A DNA stretch of 64,000 nt from Sedimentisphaerales bacterium (GTDB taxonomy: Bacteria > Planctomycetota > Phycisphaerae > Sedimentisphaerales > SM23-30). The notes beneath the pieces are model-generated. The model was given only the letters and a program-made list of their open reading frames with translations, was not told the DNA's origin and did no database searches. Location: positions 82,959 through 146,958 of the forward strand of contig CAXXFK010000024.1 in NCBI GenBank assembly GCA_963663965.2, written 5' to 3'. Position numbers and translations under genes: made by a program. This document shows, piece by piece, positions 1-10,106 of this stretch; within the stretch, counting starts at the first letter, position 1; each line of letters opens with the position of its first letter.

Positions 1-1
1 A

Positions 2-820
2 TTGACAGAAATTCTTGAATCTTGTGAAAAAGCCGGAAATCATTTATGGGAACATGTTGAAGAAATTGAAGGGTCACAGATATGGCCATTTCTTGACCAT
101 GTTTGGCAGATGATGCAATCCTGTATTCGGACCGGACTGCAAAACAAAGGAAAATTGCCTGGCAATCTGGGATTGACACGCAAGGCAGATTCCTTTTACC
201 AGAGAAGCCGTAACCTAAAATCTGAATTCCGCCGGGAAGCCCTGCTGGCAGCTTATGCCTACGCGGTTTCAGAAGAAAATGCCAGCGCCCATCAGGTTGT
301 TACTGCTCCGACCTGCGGGTCCTGCGGGGTCTTACCGGCCGTACTCTATCTTTTTCAAAAAGAAAATCGTCTCGATACCAGGGATATTCTGCGAGCATTA
401 GCAACTGCCGGACTCATTGGCAACATAGCCAAGACCAATGGCTCGGTATCCGGAGCCATGGTCGGATGCCAGGGCGAAGTCGGTGTCGCATGCGCCATGG
501 CCGCCGGCGCTGTGGCCCAACTCTATGGCGGTTCCCCCCGCCAGATCGAATATGCCGCGGAAATGGGTCTTGAACATCACCTCGGACTGACTTGTGATCC
601 GGTCAACGGCCTGGTTCAAATTCCCTGTATAGAACGAAACGCTCATGCCGCCTGTCGAGCATTGAGTTGCGCCCGTTTTGCCCTGCTTTCCGATGGCCTT
701 CATCGCATTTCATTTGACGATGTTATCGCAGTTATGATGGAAACTGGATGCAGCCTGTCCCACCAGTACAAAGAAACCTCTCTGGGTGGGCTGGCCAAAC
801 GTTATTTAAAGAATCTATGA
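2..820 (+). CDS. sdaA: Fe-S L-serine dehydratase, C-terminal part (5' end lies outside the window)
   Basis: Motifs VVTAPTCGSCGVLPAVL, GCQGEVG and EHHLGLTCDPVNGLVQIPCIERN of the SDH alpha domain. Confidence 0.93.
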   Translation: MTEILESCEKAGNHLWEHVEEIEGSQIWPFLDHVWQMMQSCIRTGLQNKGKLPGNLGLTRKADSFYQRSRNLKSEFRREALLAAYAYAVSEENASAHQVVTAPTCGSCGVLPAVLYLFQKENRLDTRDILRALATAGLIGNIAKTNGSVSGAMVGCQGEVGVACAMAAGAVAQLYGGSPRQIEYAAEMGLEHHLGLTCDPVNGLVQIPCIERNAHAACRALSCARFALLSDGLHRISFDDVIAVMMETGCSLSHQYKETSLGGLAKRYLKNL

Positions 821-983
821 ATATACTGATCCGGCAGTGCCGGAACCAAACAGGATCACAGCGCCATTCACCAACCTGAAAAGATTTCTTTCCAATTTGC
901 GTTCGATACCATTGGTAAGAGACTTACAATAGTCAAATGATTTTGGTTATTAAAGTGCCTAACAAAATGTTTATCATGGAGAT

Positions 984-1120
984 ACCGAGCGAAAAAGAGG
1001 TCAGCATGGTTGAAAACCCGCCTCAGGAGGGCAGCAGGGATCAAACACCCGCAGGCAACTCCTCTATAGTTGTCGATGATTGGGGTCCCGAGAACACAGC
1101 GGACACCTTTTGCGGCCGGT
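984..1120 (+). ncRNA. Candidate structured small RNA (rod-like; 6S-like possible); overlaps a 39-aa ORF at 1006-1125
   Basis: Nested pairings: ACCG 984-987 with CGGT 1117-1120, GGGATC 1037-1042 with GGTCCC 1084-1089, GGCAACT 1054-1060 with AGTTGTC 1068-1074. G-U pairs favour the + strand. TATCAT -10-like box at 972-977. Confidence 0.4.
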
Positions 1121-1155
1121 CGTAGTAGAAAACTCATTTGTTAAGGGCTCTAAGA

Positions 1156-1512
1156 TTAAAAATCATCAACCGCATCTTCCCGCCGATCATAGAACTCGAA
1201 GATCCGATCCAGATGGGTCAATTGAAATATCTCATACAGATTCTTCTTAAGACAGCAAAATTTCAAATGCCCACCCCGCTCTTCAACGCGTTTGCTGAAA
1301 CGGATGAGTACGCCCAACGCGCTGGAACTCAATGAATTGACACGACGGAAGTCCAGAACGAGTTTCATGTCGACTGGTTTTCCAATCGCCAATGATAACA
1401 ATTCTTCACCCAACGCATGAATCGTTAAATCATCGAGAATTTCAGAGTCTTGTATGACAGCTATCGTCACGCCAAATTCTTCCATAATTCTAATTTTTGT
1501 TTTTTCCTGCAT
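1156..1512 (-). CDS. STAS-domain anti-sigma factor antagonist
   Basis: LVLDFRRVNSLSSSALGVLI (phosphorylatable Ser motif) and EIFQLTHLDRIF tail; 118 aa. Confidence 0.9.
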   Translation of the reverse strand: MQEKTKIRIMEEFGVTIAVIQDSEILDDLTIHALGEELLSLAIGKPVDMKLVLDFRRVNSLSSSALGVLIRFSKRVEERGGHLKFCCLKKNLYEIFQLTHLDRIFEFYDRREDAVDDF

Positions 1513-1536
1513 TGATCTATTCCTTCTTGAAATTGT

Positions 1537-1846
1537 TTATAACCAGAGTATTTCATTACTGCGACGCATGCTGATTTCATCTACTACACCACGGCATTTC
1601 CTGGTAGCCAGTAAATATAAAACAGCATCCACTTCTTCAGCAAGAATCGATTCATCTGGATTGAAATCAGGTCGCATTTGACTGGCCATCGGAGTATCCA
1701 CGCCTCCCGGGCAACGCGTATGTACCCTGCCCCTATTAACCACTGCGATCCATAATTGGCCAGTTGCTCGGCAATGGCGCTCCCGATCCCTCCACCGGCG
1801 CCGGTAATCAATGCTACTTTCCCGTTAAGTGGCCATAATCGATCAT
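1537..1846 (-). pseudogene. Short-chain dehydrogenase/reductase remnant with internal deletion and frameshifts
   Basis: GKVALITGAGGGIGSAIAEQLA in one frame; the C-terminal VHTRCPGGVDTPM...EEVDAVLYLL follows almost immediately in another frame; NNAG and YxxxK are missing. Confidence 0.75.
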
Positions 1847-1853
1847 AGTTTCA

Positions 1854-2912
1854 CTAGCCTTCGTTCCGCATTTTTATTTTCATACTCCGTAGCTGCCCAC
1901 AGGCCGCTTCGATCTCACTGCCCTTACTTTTTCGTAAATGAGCATTAATACCAGCGTTTTTCAATGCTTCAACAAACGACTTGACTCCAGTTGGAGAAAC
2001 CGGATCAAATGGACTTCCCGGCGTTTTATTATAATTTATGACATTCACATTACACCGGCTTTTTCCGATCAAATCGGCCAGCTGTCGGGCGTGATGAGGA
2101 CTTGAATTAACCTCCGCTAATAAAACATACTCCAACGTCACTTCACGATGTGTATTGTGATAATAATCATCGATGGCATCAAAGATTTCGGCCAGCCGGT
2201 ATTTTTGAGCCCAGGGAATCAATTTCGCTCTCAAAGCATCATCCGGTGCATGCAAACTCACTGCCAGGGTAAACTGCTCCGGTTCCTGTCCAAATAATCG
2301 AATACGCTCCGGCAATCCGATCGTACTCACCGTTATATGCCGAGAAGCTATTTTCATACCCCATCCAGCATTCAAAGTACGCATGGCCTGCAATGAGGCT
2401 TCATAATTCAGGAAAGGCTCTCCCATACCCATTAAAACAATATGAGATATTCTTTCATCCTTATTCAGAAGGGACGCCGCATGGAGAACCTGTTCGACAA
2501 TCTCTCCGGCGGTCAGTGACCGCTGTAAACCGGTTTGTCCTGAAGCGCAAAACCCGCATCCAACCGGACAGCCGATCTGGGTAGACACACACACGGTATG
2601 ACGATTGGCTTCCCGCATCAATACCGCTTCAGAATACTCATCCTGCTCCCATTGAATTAATAATTTTTGCGTGCCATCCGAACACTCATGAACCTGACGA
2701 ATTGCGCCGGAATAAATGGTACAACGGCTCATCATGATTTCTCGCAACGTTTTTGACAAGTTGCTCATTTTGTCCCAATTACCAGCACGTTGCTCATAGA
2801 CCCATTTTAATATCTGGTCAGCGCGCCAGGCGGGTTGCTGTATCGAAAGCAAGTCCGCTTTGAGCGAATCACAGGTCATATCCAAAAGATGCGGTTTCGA
2901 GTTCACTGCCAT
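1854..2912 (-). CDS. rlmN: 23S rRNA/tRNA adenine C2 methyltransferase (radical SAM)
   Basis: CVSTQIGCPVGCGFCASG, MGMGEP, AVSLHA and IEAACGQL. Confidence 0.95.
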   Translation of the reverse strand: MAVNSKPHLLDMTCDSLKADLLSIQQPAWRADQILKWVYEQRAGNWDKMSNLSKTLREIMMSRCTIYSGAIRQVHECSDGTQKLLIQWEQDEYSEAVLMREANRHTVCVSTQIGCPVGCGFCASGQTGLQRSLTAGEIVEQVLHAASLLNKDERISHIVLMGMGEPFLNYEASLQAMRTLNAGWGMKIASRHITVSTIGLPERIRLFGQEPEQFTLAVSLHAPDDALRAKLIPWAQKYRLAEIFDAIDDYYHNTHREVTLEYVLLAEVNSSPHHARQLADLIGKSRCNVNVINYNKTPGSPFDPVSPTGVKSFVEALKNAGINAHLRKSKGSEIEAACGQLRSMKIKMRNEG

Positions 2913-2934
2913 TCCTGAAATGAATCAAAGAAAA

Positions 2935-3954
2935 CTAAATTTTAAACAAGTCGCCGTATTCTTTCATTTGTTCCGGAGATTGAGTACGGGCTGACAAATA
3001 AGCTAATTCTATTACTGAGATGGAAGCCAGGTGGTCCACTGCCTGACTGACAGGCAGATTAACCAGGCCCTGGATACAATCGGAAAAATGCTGTAATTGC
3101 AGCAGTGGGAAGTTCTCGGGTAACAGTTCAGATCGATATTCATCCAAACATACACCCATTAGATCTTTTTGCCGGTAAATCGCCTCTTCCACTTCAATGA
3201 TACCCTCAGTACCATAAAAAACGATTCGGGTTCTGGATGGATCAGCCATCCAGGTACATATTACCTCAGCTACCGCTCCGCCATTAAATCCCAAAGTCAG
3301 AACCGCAGTATCTTCGGTCTGTAAAGGAGGTAAAAACCGTTTTGAACAGAAATTCGTATGATGACAAAAAATCGATTCGGGTCTCCCGATTGCCAGGATT
3401 ATCTGATCGATCAGTGGATAACCCAAATCCATCAGCACCCCACCCCCGGCAAGAACCGGATCGCCTCGATAACCTGGATTATCCGGAATATTCATATACC
3501 CTTCCGCGCGGATCAAAAATATTTTGCCGATTAAACCATCCTGAATGGCCCGTCTGGCACGCCCAAATACCGGATTAAATCGCCAGGGCGCTTCCACCTG
3601 AAACAGGCGTTTAACTTTATTCATCCCTGATATCCATTGGGAAGCCTCCGCTACAGTTCGACCAACAGGCCCCGTTTTAAATACATGTAAACCGTTGCGA
3701 ATCGCCAGGGTTATACATTCCTGGCAGGCATGAGATGGCATTAATAAGACCAGAGCATCCAGTTTCTCCTGGACAATTAATAACCGCAAATCATCGTATC
3801 CCGTTACATCCAGTTCCCTGGCAACCTGATCAGCTTTTTCCCGGTCTGGATCGCCGACAGCCACCACTGCAAAATGGTCCTGATCCGTCAGGAAATCGAT
3901 ATAGGCGCGATAATCGACTGAAAGTCCTATGATACCTGTTTTTAGTTGTTCCAT
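2935..3954 (-). CDS. Gfo/Idh/MocA family oxidoreductase (divergent)
   Basis: N-terminal Rossmann-like region, GGGVLMDLGYPLID, TEDTA, YGTEG; the EKP motif is degenerate (FKTGP). Confidence 0.8.
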   Translation of the reverse strand: MEQLKTGIIGLSVDYRAYIDFLTDQDHFAVVAVGDPDREKADQVARELDVTGYDDLRLLIVQEKLDALVLLMPSHACQECITLAIRNGLHVFKTGPVGRTVAEASQWISGMNKVKRLFQVEAPWRFNPVFGRARRAIQDGLIGKIFLIRAEGYMNIPDNPGYRGDPVLAGGGVLMDLGYPLIDQIILAIGRPESIFCHHTNFCSKRFLPPLQTEDTAVLTLGFNGGAVAEVICTWMADPSRTRIVFYGTEGIIEVEEAIYRQKDLMGVCLDEYRSELLPENFPLLQLQHFSDCIQGLVNLPVSQAVDHLASISVIELAYLSARTQSPEQMKEYGDLFKI

Positions 3955-3967
3955 ATTCTTATCAATT

Positions 3968-4003
3968 AAAAAGAAAACGCTCCTGATCTCTTATTCAGGA
4001 GCG
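3968..4003 (-). terminator. Intrinsic terminator after ahcY
   Basis: CGCTCCTGA/TCAGGAGCG stem (3978-4003) followed by a T-rich tract on the minus strand. Confidence 0.7.
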
Positions 4004-4040
4004 CCTATTATATGTCAGATAACAGGATATTCAACACTAA

Positions 4041-5366
4041 TCAATACCGATAGTGTTCAGGTTTATAAGGCCCATCCTTGGGAATCCCCAGATAATCCGA
4101 TTGCCGGCCTGAAAGGACTTCCAATCGAACTCCCAGTTTGGTCAAATGCAAACGAGCCACTTCTTCGTCCAGTTTTTTCGGTAAACAATAAACCTTATTT
4201 TCATAGGACTTATAATTTTTGAACAGTTCGATCTGGGCTAATACCTGGTTTGTAAAAGAATTACTCATAACAAACGATGGATGGCCGGTTGCACACCCCA
4301 GGTTTACCAACCTGCCTTCGGCCAGCACGATAATACTATGCCCATCCGGGAAAGCAAACAAATCAACTTGAGGCTTGATATTCATTTTCTTTACACCGGG
4401 ATAAGCCACTAAACCAGCCATATCAATTTCAATATCAAAATGACCAATATTACATACGATGGCCTGATCTTTCATCCGCGCCATATGTTCTACTGTAATC
4501 ACATCGCAACATCCAGTGGTTGTTACAAAAATATCCCCTTCTTCCACGGCATCATCCATAGGCTTCACTTCATAACCTTCCATGGCCGCCTGTAAAGCAC
4601 AAATCGGATCGATTTCCGTAATAATAACCCGGGCTCCATATGATTTCATTGACTGGGCGCATCCTTTACCTACATCGCCATATCCTGCAATTATCACAAC
4701 TTTACCGGCCACCATCACATCTGTGGCACGCTTGATACCATCCGCTAATGATTCACGACACCCATATTTGTTGTCAAATTTACTTTTGGTAACCGAATCA
4801 TTTACATTAATGGCAGGACACAGCAACTTCCCTTGTTTCTGTAATTTTTCCAGATTATGCACACCTGTTGTCGTCTCCTCGGAAATCCCGCGAACCTGTC
4901 GCATCATGTCAATATATTTTGGCAACAACATCATATTGGTAAGGTCGCCGCCATCATCCAGAATCATATTCGGACCTTTGCCATCCGGCCAATCTATTGT
5001 TTGCTCAATACACCATTCGTATTCTTCCAGTGTTTCTCCTTTCCAGGCGTAAACCGGAATATCCTTTGCCGCAATAGCAGCGGCAGCATGATCCTGGGTG
5101 GAAAAGATATTGCAACTTGACCAGCGAACTTCTGCGCCTAACTCAATTAGTGTTTCAATCAGAACAGCCGTTTGGATAGTCATATGAATACAACCCGAAA
5201 TCCGAGCGCCCTTTAATGGCTGAACCAATCCATGCTCCTTACGTAAACTCATCAGTCCTGGCATCTCCTTTTCTGCCAGAACGATTTCTTTACGCCCCCA
5301 TTCCGCCAGTGAAATATCTTTTACTTTATAATCCATTTTTTTTGTCGTTTCAGTTAATTGAGACAT
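4041..5366 (-). CDS. ahcY: Adenosylhomocysteinase
   Basis: [52 protein letters not shown] and the terminal HYRY. Confidence 0.98.
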   Translation of the reverse strand: MSQLTETTKKMDYKVKDISLAEWGRKEIVLAEKEMPGLMSLRKEHGLVQPLKGARISGCIHMTIQTAVLIETLIELGAEVRWSSCNIFSTQDHAAAAIAAKDIPVYAWKGETLEEYEWCIEQTIDWPDGKGPNMILDDGGDLTNMMLLPKYIDMMRQVRGISEETTTGVHNLEKLQKQGKLLCPAINVNDSVTKSKFDNKYGCRESLADGIKRATDVMVAGKVVIIAGYGDVGKGCAQSMKSYGARVIITEIDPICALQAAMEGYEVKPMDDAVEEGDIFVTTTGCCDVITVEHMARMKDQAIVCNIGHFDIEIDMAGLVAYPGVKKMNIKPQVDLFAFPDGHSIIVLAEGRLVNLGCATGHPSFVMSNSFTNQVLAQIELFKNYKSYENKVYCLPKKLDEEVARLHLTKLGVRLEVLSGRQSDYLGIPKDGPYKPEHYRY

Positions 5367-5679
5367 CTAATACCTCACAAAAGGTTAAGCTTTTTAGTTA
5401 GCGTCATAATCCTGAACATATAACGTCCGATATTACTTTAACATAATCTGCTCTCACTAACAAGATTATCGGCTGAAATTTACCCTAATTCTTTAAATAA
5501 TAATCCGATACATATCATTAGCACATAGGAAACCACCAATCAGCCTGATCCGAAAAGGCATCTTTATCCCTATAATCAGCAAAATCCATTTTTTAGGCAC
5601 AACCTGAATTATCCATATCTTTGGAATTTGTTTATAAGTCCATATTTACATTAATTTTATCGTCAAATACAAATTCAAG

Positions 5680-5754
5680 TTGACAGGACTCTGTCACGAT
5701 AGATAAGATAGCTAACATAGGCAATATAACTAAACTTTAACTAATAGATAACAA
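5680..5754 (+). promoter_or_regulatory. Promoter with TGACAG-N4-CTGTCA palindrome and phased 9-bp direct repeats
   Basis: TTGACA 5680-5685; palindrome 5681-5696; repeats AGATAAGAT, AGCTAACAT, AGGCAATAT, AACTAAACT, (TTAACTAAT), AGATAACAA at 5701-5754. Confidence 0.55.
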
Positions 5755-5775
5755 ATTCTCGTTGAGGTATCTCTT

Positions 5776-6342
5776 ATGAAAAATGTTTATTCAACGGGTG
5801 AAGCAGCTCAAGTATGCAAAGTCAGCCAGCAAACAATTATCAGATGTTTCGACTCTGGTAAACTCCAAGGGTTCCGGGTACCAGGTTCAAGATTTCGCAG
5901 GATACCCCGTGAAAGCCTGGTCAAATTTATGCAGGAGAACGATATCCCGCTGGATAATCTCGATAACGGTCGTCGCAAAGTGCTGGTTGTTGATGATGAT
6001 CCAGAAATTGTTGAACTGATGGTGGATGTATTGGAGCGGGATGGGCGCTTTGAAGTAAAAACAGCCGCCAGCGGCTATGATGCCGGTGTTCTTACCCAGG
6101 AGTTCCAACCAGATATGATGATCCTGGATTATATGCTGCCCGATGTCAATGGGAATGTTGTCTGCAAAACCATTCGCCAGAATCCTATTTTTGAACACAT
6201 GAAAATTATTATTGTCAGCGGAGTTGTCAACCAGGATGAAATTAATGAGTTGATCAATCTGGGTGCCAATGATTTCATGAAAAAACCTTTTAGTATTGAT
6301 GATTTGGTAGGAAAGATGGTGAAGTTACTTGGGATCAACTGA
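5776..6342 (+). CDS. Response regulator: Xis/MerR-like HTH plus receiver domain
   Basis: YSTGEAAQVCKVSQQTIIRCFDSGKL...RRI HTH; VVDDD, LDYMLPD and KPF receiver motifs; GAGG RBS. Confidence 0.9.
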   Translation: MKNVYSTGEAAQVCKVSQQTIIRCFDSGKLQGFRVPGSRFRRIPRESLVKFMQENDIPLDNLDNGRRKVLVVDDDPEIVELMVDVLERDGRFEVKTAASGYDAGVLTQEFQPDMMILDYMLPDVNGNVVCKTIRQNPIFEHMKIIIVSGVVNQDEINELINLGANDFMKKPFSIDDLVGKMVKLLGIN

Positions 6343-6383
6343 TCTTGTAAAAGAAAAGAGAACGGTTTGACCGGAACAATGCA

Positions 6384-8672
6384 ATGAATCGCGATCAACA
6401 TTTAAAAAGTAAAAAAATCGAGTTGGTTTTGCAACAGCTGAACAGCTTGCCAACTCTACCAGCCGTGGCCGCCCGGCTATTACAGTTGACAGTTGCCAAC
6501 GATACTCAAGCCCAGGAGGTAGTCCGCCTGATTGAGTCGGATCCTTCTCTGGCCAGTAAAATTATCGCCATGGCCACAAACGCCTCAACTGGAATTGGTC
6601 GTCAAACCGTTACACTTAGCAAAGCCGTGGTACTACTGGGATTCGATGCGGTCCGTAATGCCGTTTTGAGTATTAAGGTATTTGAGGCGCTGGGAAAAGA
6701 AAATGACCAGAATGTCGATTTTGACAAAATCGGTTTCTGGAAACACAGTCTGGCGGTTGCCTGTGCCGCCAAGTTGATAGCAGAGCTTGAAGAGAAAAAT
6801 ATTGATCCGGAAGAAGCTTTTTTATGTGGCTTGCTACATGATATCGGCAAACTGGCCCTGGTCACTTGCCTGCCTCGCAGTTATAACCGGGTTATAGAAC
6901 TCACTGAATCGACTCTCGGCAATATCGCCGAAACTGAAAATGTGGTCCTAGGCATTGACCATACCATAGCCGGAAAACGCCTGGCGGAAAAATGGCAGAT
7001 GCCCGATGCCATTATCGAAAATATCTGGTTGCATCATCAATGGGTTAAGGGGCTGCCGGATGTCATCAAAAATAAGCGTATTATCCAAATTGTACATCTG
7101 GCCGATATTATTGCCCGCGAACAGCACATCGGTTATTCAGGTAATCATGTGATTCAGGATTCCTCCATGCAGGTTGCCCGCGATCTCGGATTCCGCGACC
7201 AGACCGTCAAAACAATCATCCAGAAACTTCATGAAGAAATTGGTCGTCGGGCTACTATTCTTGGGCTGGATGAAATTGATCCGGAAGAACTCTATCGCGA
7301 AGCCCTGTCCGACGCCAATTCAGAATTAAGCCGTCTGAACAGCCGGTTGCAGAATCAGAACAACCGCTTAAAAGTGCGTAGCGATTACCTTGATCTGTTA
7401 AACCGTTTAGCCGGATCTCTCAATGCCGGCCAGACAGTAGCGACCGTATGCGAAACCATAGCCAGTCATTGGCGTAATCAACAACAATGCCAGGGATGCG
7501 CCGTTTACCTGACCGATTTCAACAGCGAAATCATCGAAGGTATTTTCTATTCAGGGTCCGACAATCAATCGACTTCTTTCATCGTTGACCTGACTGAAGA
7601 TCCCACCAGTGACCTGAATGAAGCGGGAGGGAATCCATTTGTTCCTTCACATGTCAATGAAACGCATTATTGGTTTTTTGAACAAGTCGCCCCGACATTT
7701 AACATGGGTTCAACAATCGCAATACCACTAAACATTGGCCCCCAACTCAAAGGCGGCATTCTCTGGGAATCACCTGAGAGCCTGGAATACTATAAAGATC
7801 AAGCCGCTGAAATTCGAGCCTTCGCGTCCTGTGTATCCCTGTTGCTTAACCAGGCGCATATTTTGCAAAATCAATCACGGTTATGTGAACAGCTCACCCG
7901 TGGTAATGAGCTGTTACAACGGGCTCAAAAAGAATTACTACGCAAACGAAATCTGGCTGCCGCAGGCGAAATGGCCGCTGGAGCGGCCCATGAAATTAAT
8001 AATCCACTGGCTGTTATCGTTGGACGTTCCGAATGGCTCGCCAAAGACGAAACGGATCTGAAACGCAAAGAAACACTCGAAAAAATCGCTCAGCAAGGCA
8101 AATTGATCACTGATATTATAACTGAGTTAATGGCATTCGCCAAGCCAACCCTGCCTCAACAAAAAGTCAGTAATATCGAACAGATTGTAACCGACGCAGT
8201 TCAGCAACTGGAAAAACACCCCGATACTACCGCTGAAATTCAGGCTAATTTCGAAGAGTTTCTACCTGAAGTATTCACGGATTCCGAACAAATTTCATTG
8301 GCCATAACCGAGCTGCTTCTCAATGCGATTCAGTCATATCGGGCTCAACAAGTTCCTGAAATTACGATTTCAGCAGCTTGTAACGATGTGACACAAGAAG
8401 TGTGCATCGAAATCGCTGACCAGGGTTGCGGAATGGATGACCAGACTTTAAAAAAGGCTTTCGATCCTTTCTTTTCCGCCAAGCAGGCCGGCCGCAGACG
8501 TGGCATGGGACTCAGCCGCGCCTTACGTCTGATCGAAAGCAATGGGGGTTCCCTGAGGCTTATCAGCCAGCCCAATCAAGGGACGATCGCAACTATCACC
8601 CTGCCTTTTTCGCAAAATAATAATGTTGTGGGAGTCACGACAGATCCCTTGTCCGGCTCAAGTTTCAATTAA
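6384..8672 (+). CDS. HDOD-domain sensor histidine kinase
   Basis: LPTLP, DPSL, FWKHS and GLLHDIGK (HDOD); AHEINNPL H-box; ELLLNA, DQGCG, DPFF and GMGLS boxes. Confidence 0.9.
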   Translation: MNRDQHLKSKKIELVLQQLNSLPTLPAVAARLLQLTVANDTQAQEVVRLIESDPSLASKIIAMATNASTGIGRQTVTLSKAVVLLGFDAVRNAVLSIKVFEALGKENDQNVDFDKIGFWKHSLAVACAAKLIAELEEKNIDPEEAFLCGLLHDIGKLALVTCLPRSYNRVIELTESTLGNIAETENVVLGIDHTIAGKRLAEKWQMPDAIIENIWLHHQWVKGLPDVIKNKRIIQIVHLADIIAREQHIGYSGNHVIQDSSMQVARDLGFRDQTVKTIIQKLHEEIGRRATILGLDEIDPEELYREALSDANSELSRLNSRLQNQNNRLKVRSDYLDLLNRLAGSLNAGQTVATVCETIASHWRNQQQCQGCAVYLTDFNSEIIEGIFYSGSDNQSTSFIVDLTEDPTSDLNEAGGNPFVPSHVNETHYWFFEQVAPTFNMGSTIAIPLNIGPQLKGGILWESPESLEYYKDQAAEIRAFASCVSLLLNQAHILQNQSRLCEQLTRGNELLQRAQKELLRKRNLAAAGEMAAGAAHEINNPLAVIVGRSEWLAKDETDLKRKETLEKIAQQGKLITDIITELMAFAKPTLPQQKVSNIEQIVTDAVQQLEKHPDTTAEIQANFEEFLPEVFTDSEQISLAITELLLNAIQSYRAQQVPEITISAACNDVTQEVCIEIADQGCGMDDQTLKKAFDPFFSAKQAGRRRGMGLSRALRLIESNGGSLRLISQPNQGTIATITLPFSQNNNVVGVTTDPLSGSSFN

Positions 8673-8714
8673 TTAACCAGTCAAACAGGCTGATCATGCA
8701 AATGTCCCGGAGAT

Positions 8715-9821
8715 ATGGAGAACATTTTGCCGTTAGAATCGAATAAACTGGTAGTCCTGTCTCTGCTTTCTGAAGCCATTGGCCAGGAAGTCAAACAGGC
8801 TCTTTCCCACCATAAAGAAATCAAGATTCTTTCTTGTGTTCCTGCCAATCATTCCGGCGGTTTTAGAAAATATCTGACACCTGATTTCTGGTCAGCCATT
8901 GCGGAACGGGATTTTGATATTGTTTTGCTGCAATTTGACTCGGAAAGCCAGCAGGAGTTGGATGCTTATCCCAAAACACAAACGTCCTCCACAGAACCCT
9001 GGCCCTGGAACGCAATTGATCCAACTGTTATCGCGACTATTACAGATTCTGATCAAGCCCTGACAGCCGCGGCGGCTCAATATGATTTCTCCGGGATATT
9101 GGTTATGCCACTGGACAGTAACCAGATCATACAGTCTTTTGATATCGCACTCCGACGCCATCGCACCCGCAGGCGGTTTGCCAGACGATATGAAAAAATT
9201 GTCGCGCTTTTGAAGCGGGTCAATGGTGAACAGAAACGTTTACGCCAGAAAGTGGACCTGGTTTGCCAGGATCTGGTGCAATCCAATATCGATCTGGCCC
9301 GGTCTATCTCCTCATTAAGAGAGGCGTATGAATTCCAGATGGACATGACGGGCGAATTCGATATCAAAGTGTTATTGCACAAGGCGCTGGCTGTTATCAG
9401 ACAAAAAACACCTGACACGGGCCTGTCAATATATTTATGTCAATCTCGGCAATTCGAAGCTCATATTGTCTCTGACTGGTTTGAACAGGCACACGATCTG
9501 CATGATATCGAGTTTGCTTTTTACCAGACCATCCTGCCGGTATCAACCCACAAACCACTCCTGATAACGGATGCCGGAACACTACCCAGACTGACCAGCC
9601 AGCAACGCCAGATCATGGCCAACCTCTCAGTACTGGCCATGCCCTTGCGGACCAGTGAAACAACTGTCGGAGTATTATTCCTCTATCGTCAGATGGATAA
9701 TCCAGTGACCAACGCGGAACGATTGGCAATATCCACCTTTATTGCTCCCCTGTCCCGCTCTATCGAATCATTACAGCGGCTAAACAATCATCTGGCCCAG
9801 CAAACTATCGCCTTGCAATGA
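8715..9821 (+). CDS. Signalling protein: degenerate receiver-like domain, coiled coil, GAF-like domain
   Basis: DFDIVLL and GILVMPL resemble a REC domain; central helix; SVLAMPLRTSETTVGVLFL is a typical GAF end. Confidence 0.55.
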   Translation: MENILPLESNKLVVLSLLSEAIGQEVKQALSHHKEIKILSCVPANHSGGFRKYLTPDFWSAIAERDFDIVLLQFDSESQQELDAYPKTQTSSTEPWPWNAIDPTVIATITDSDQALTAAAAQYDFSGILVMPLDSNQIIQSFDIALRRHRTRRRFARRYEKIVALLKRVNGEQKRLRQKVDLVCQDLVQSNIDLARSISSLREAYEFQMDMTGEFDIKVLLHKALAVIRQKTPDTGLSIYLCQSRQFEAHIVSDWFEQAHDLHDIEFAFYQTILPVSTHKPLLITDAGTLPRLTSQQRQIMANLSVLAMPLRTSETTVGVLFLYRQMDNPVTNAERLAISTFIAPLSRSIESLQRLNNHLAQQTIALQ

Positions 9822-10049
9822 TCGCCTATATTTCTTAAGGACACCACTAAAATTCATTCAGGGTTGCAAGTGATCTGGCTTCCTTCCGGGCTGCGTCACA
9901 ATAAAGCGAACATATTCAAATACGCCCGGTTCTTGGTTTCTGGCCATAGACAAATCATCCTCGCTTTCGCCTCTAATACAATTTTTAGAGGTACCCTAAA
10001 ATTATCCATGTCGGTTATATACGGCAATCCCTGCTATCAAGTGAGGGGT

Positions 10050-10106
10050 TTGACAAAAAATGCATCTTGAACTATGATGATCTGAATTACCTGACTTATA
10101 TTAATT
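10050..10106 (+). promoter_or_regulatory. Sigma70 promoter of the trehalose operon with 9-bp repeats over the predicted start site
   Basis: TTGACA 10050-10055, 17-bp spacer, TATGAT 10073-10078; then ATCTGAATT, ACCTGACTT, ATATTAATT at 10080-10106. A second TTGATC-17-TAGAAT lies at 10188-10216. Confidence 0.65.

Noticed and set aside
1006..1125. 39-aa peptide as a RiPP precursor for a radical SAM enzyme
   Set aside because: The nearby radical SAM is clearly RlmN and the SPASM protein lies in a heme operon 56 kb away; no maturase or RRE domain is adjacent
5466..5496. Minus-strand GCCGATAA sigma28 -10 box upstream of ahcY
   Set aside because: The nearest TAAA elements are 5 and 18 nt away rather than about 15; too weak to call
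5367..5500. SAH or SAM riboswitch upstream of ahcY
   Set aside because: AT-rich, with no recognisable aptamer consensus or stems
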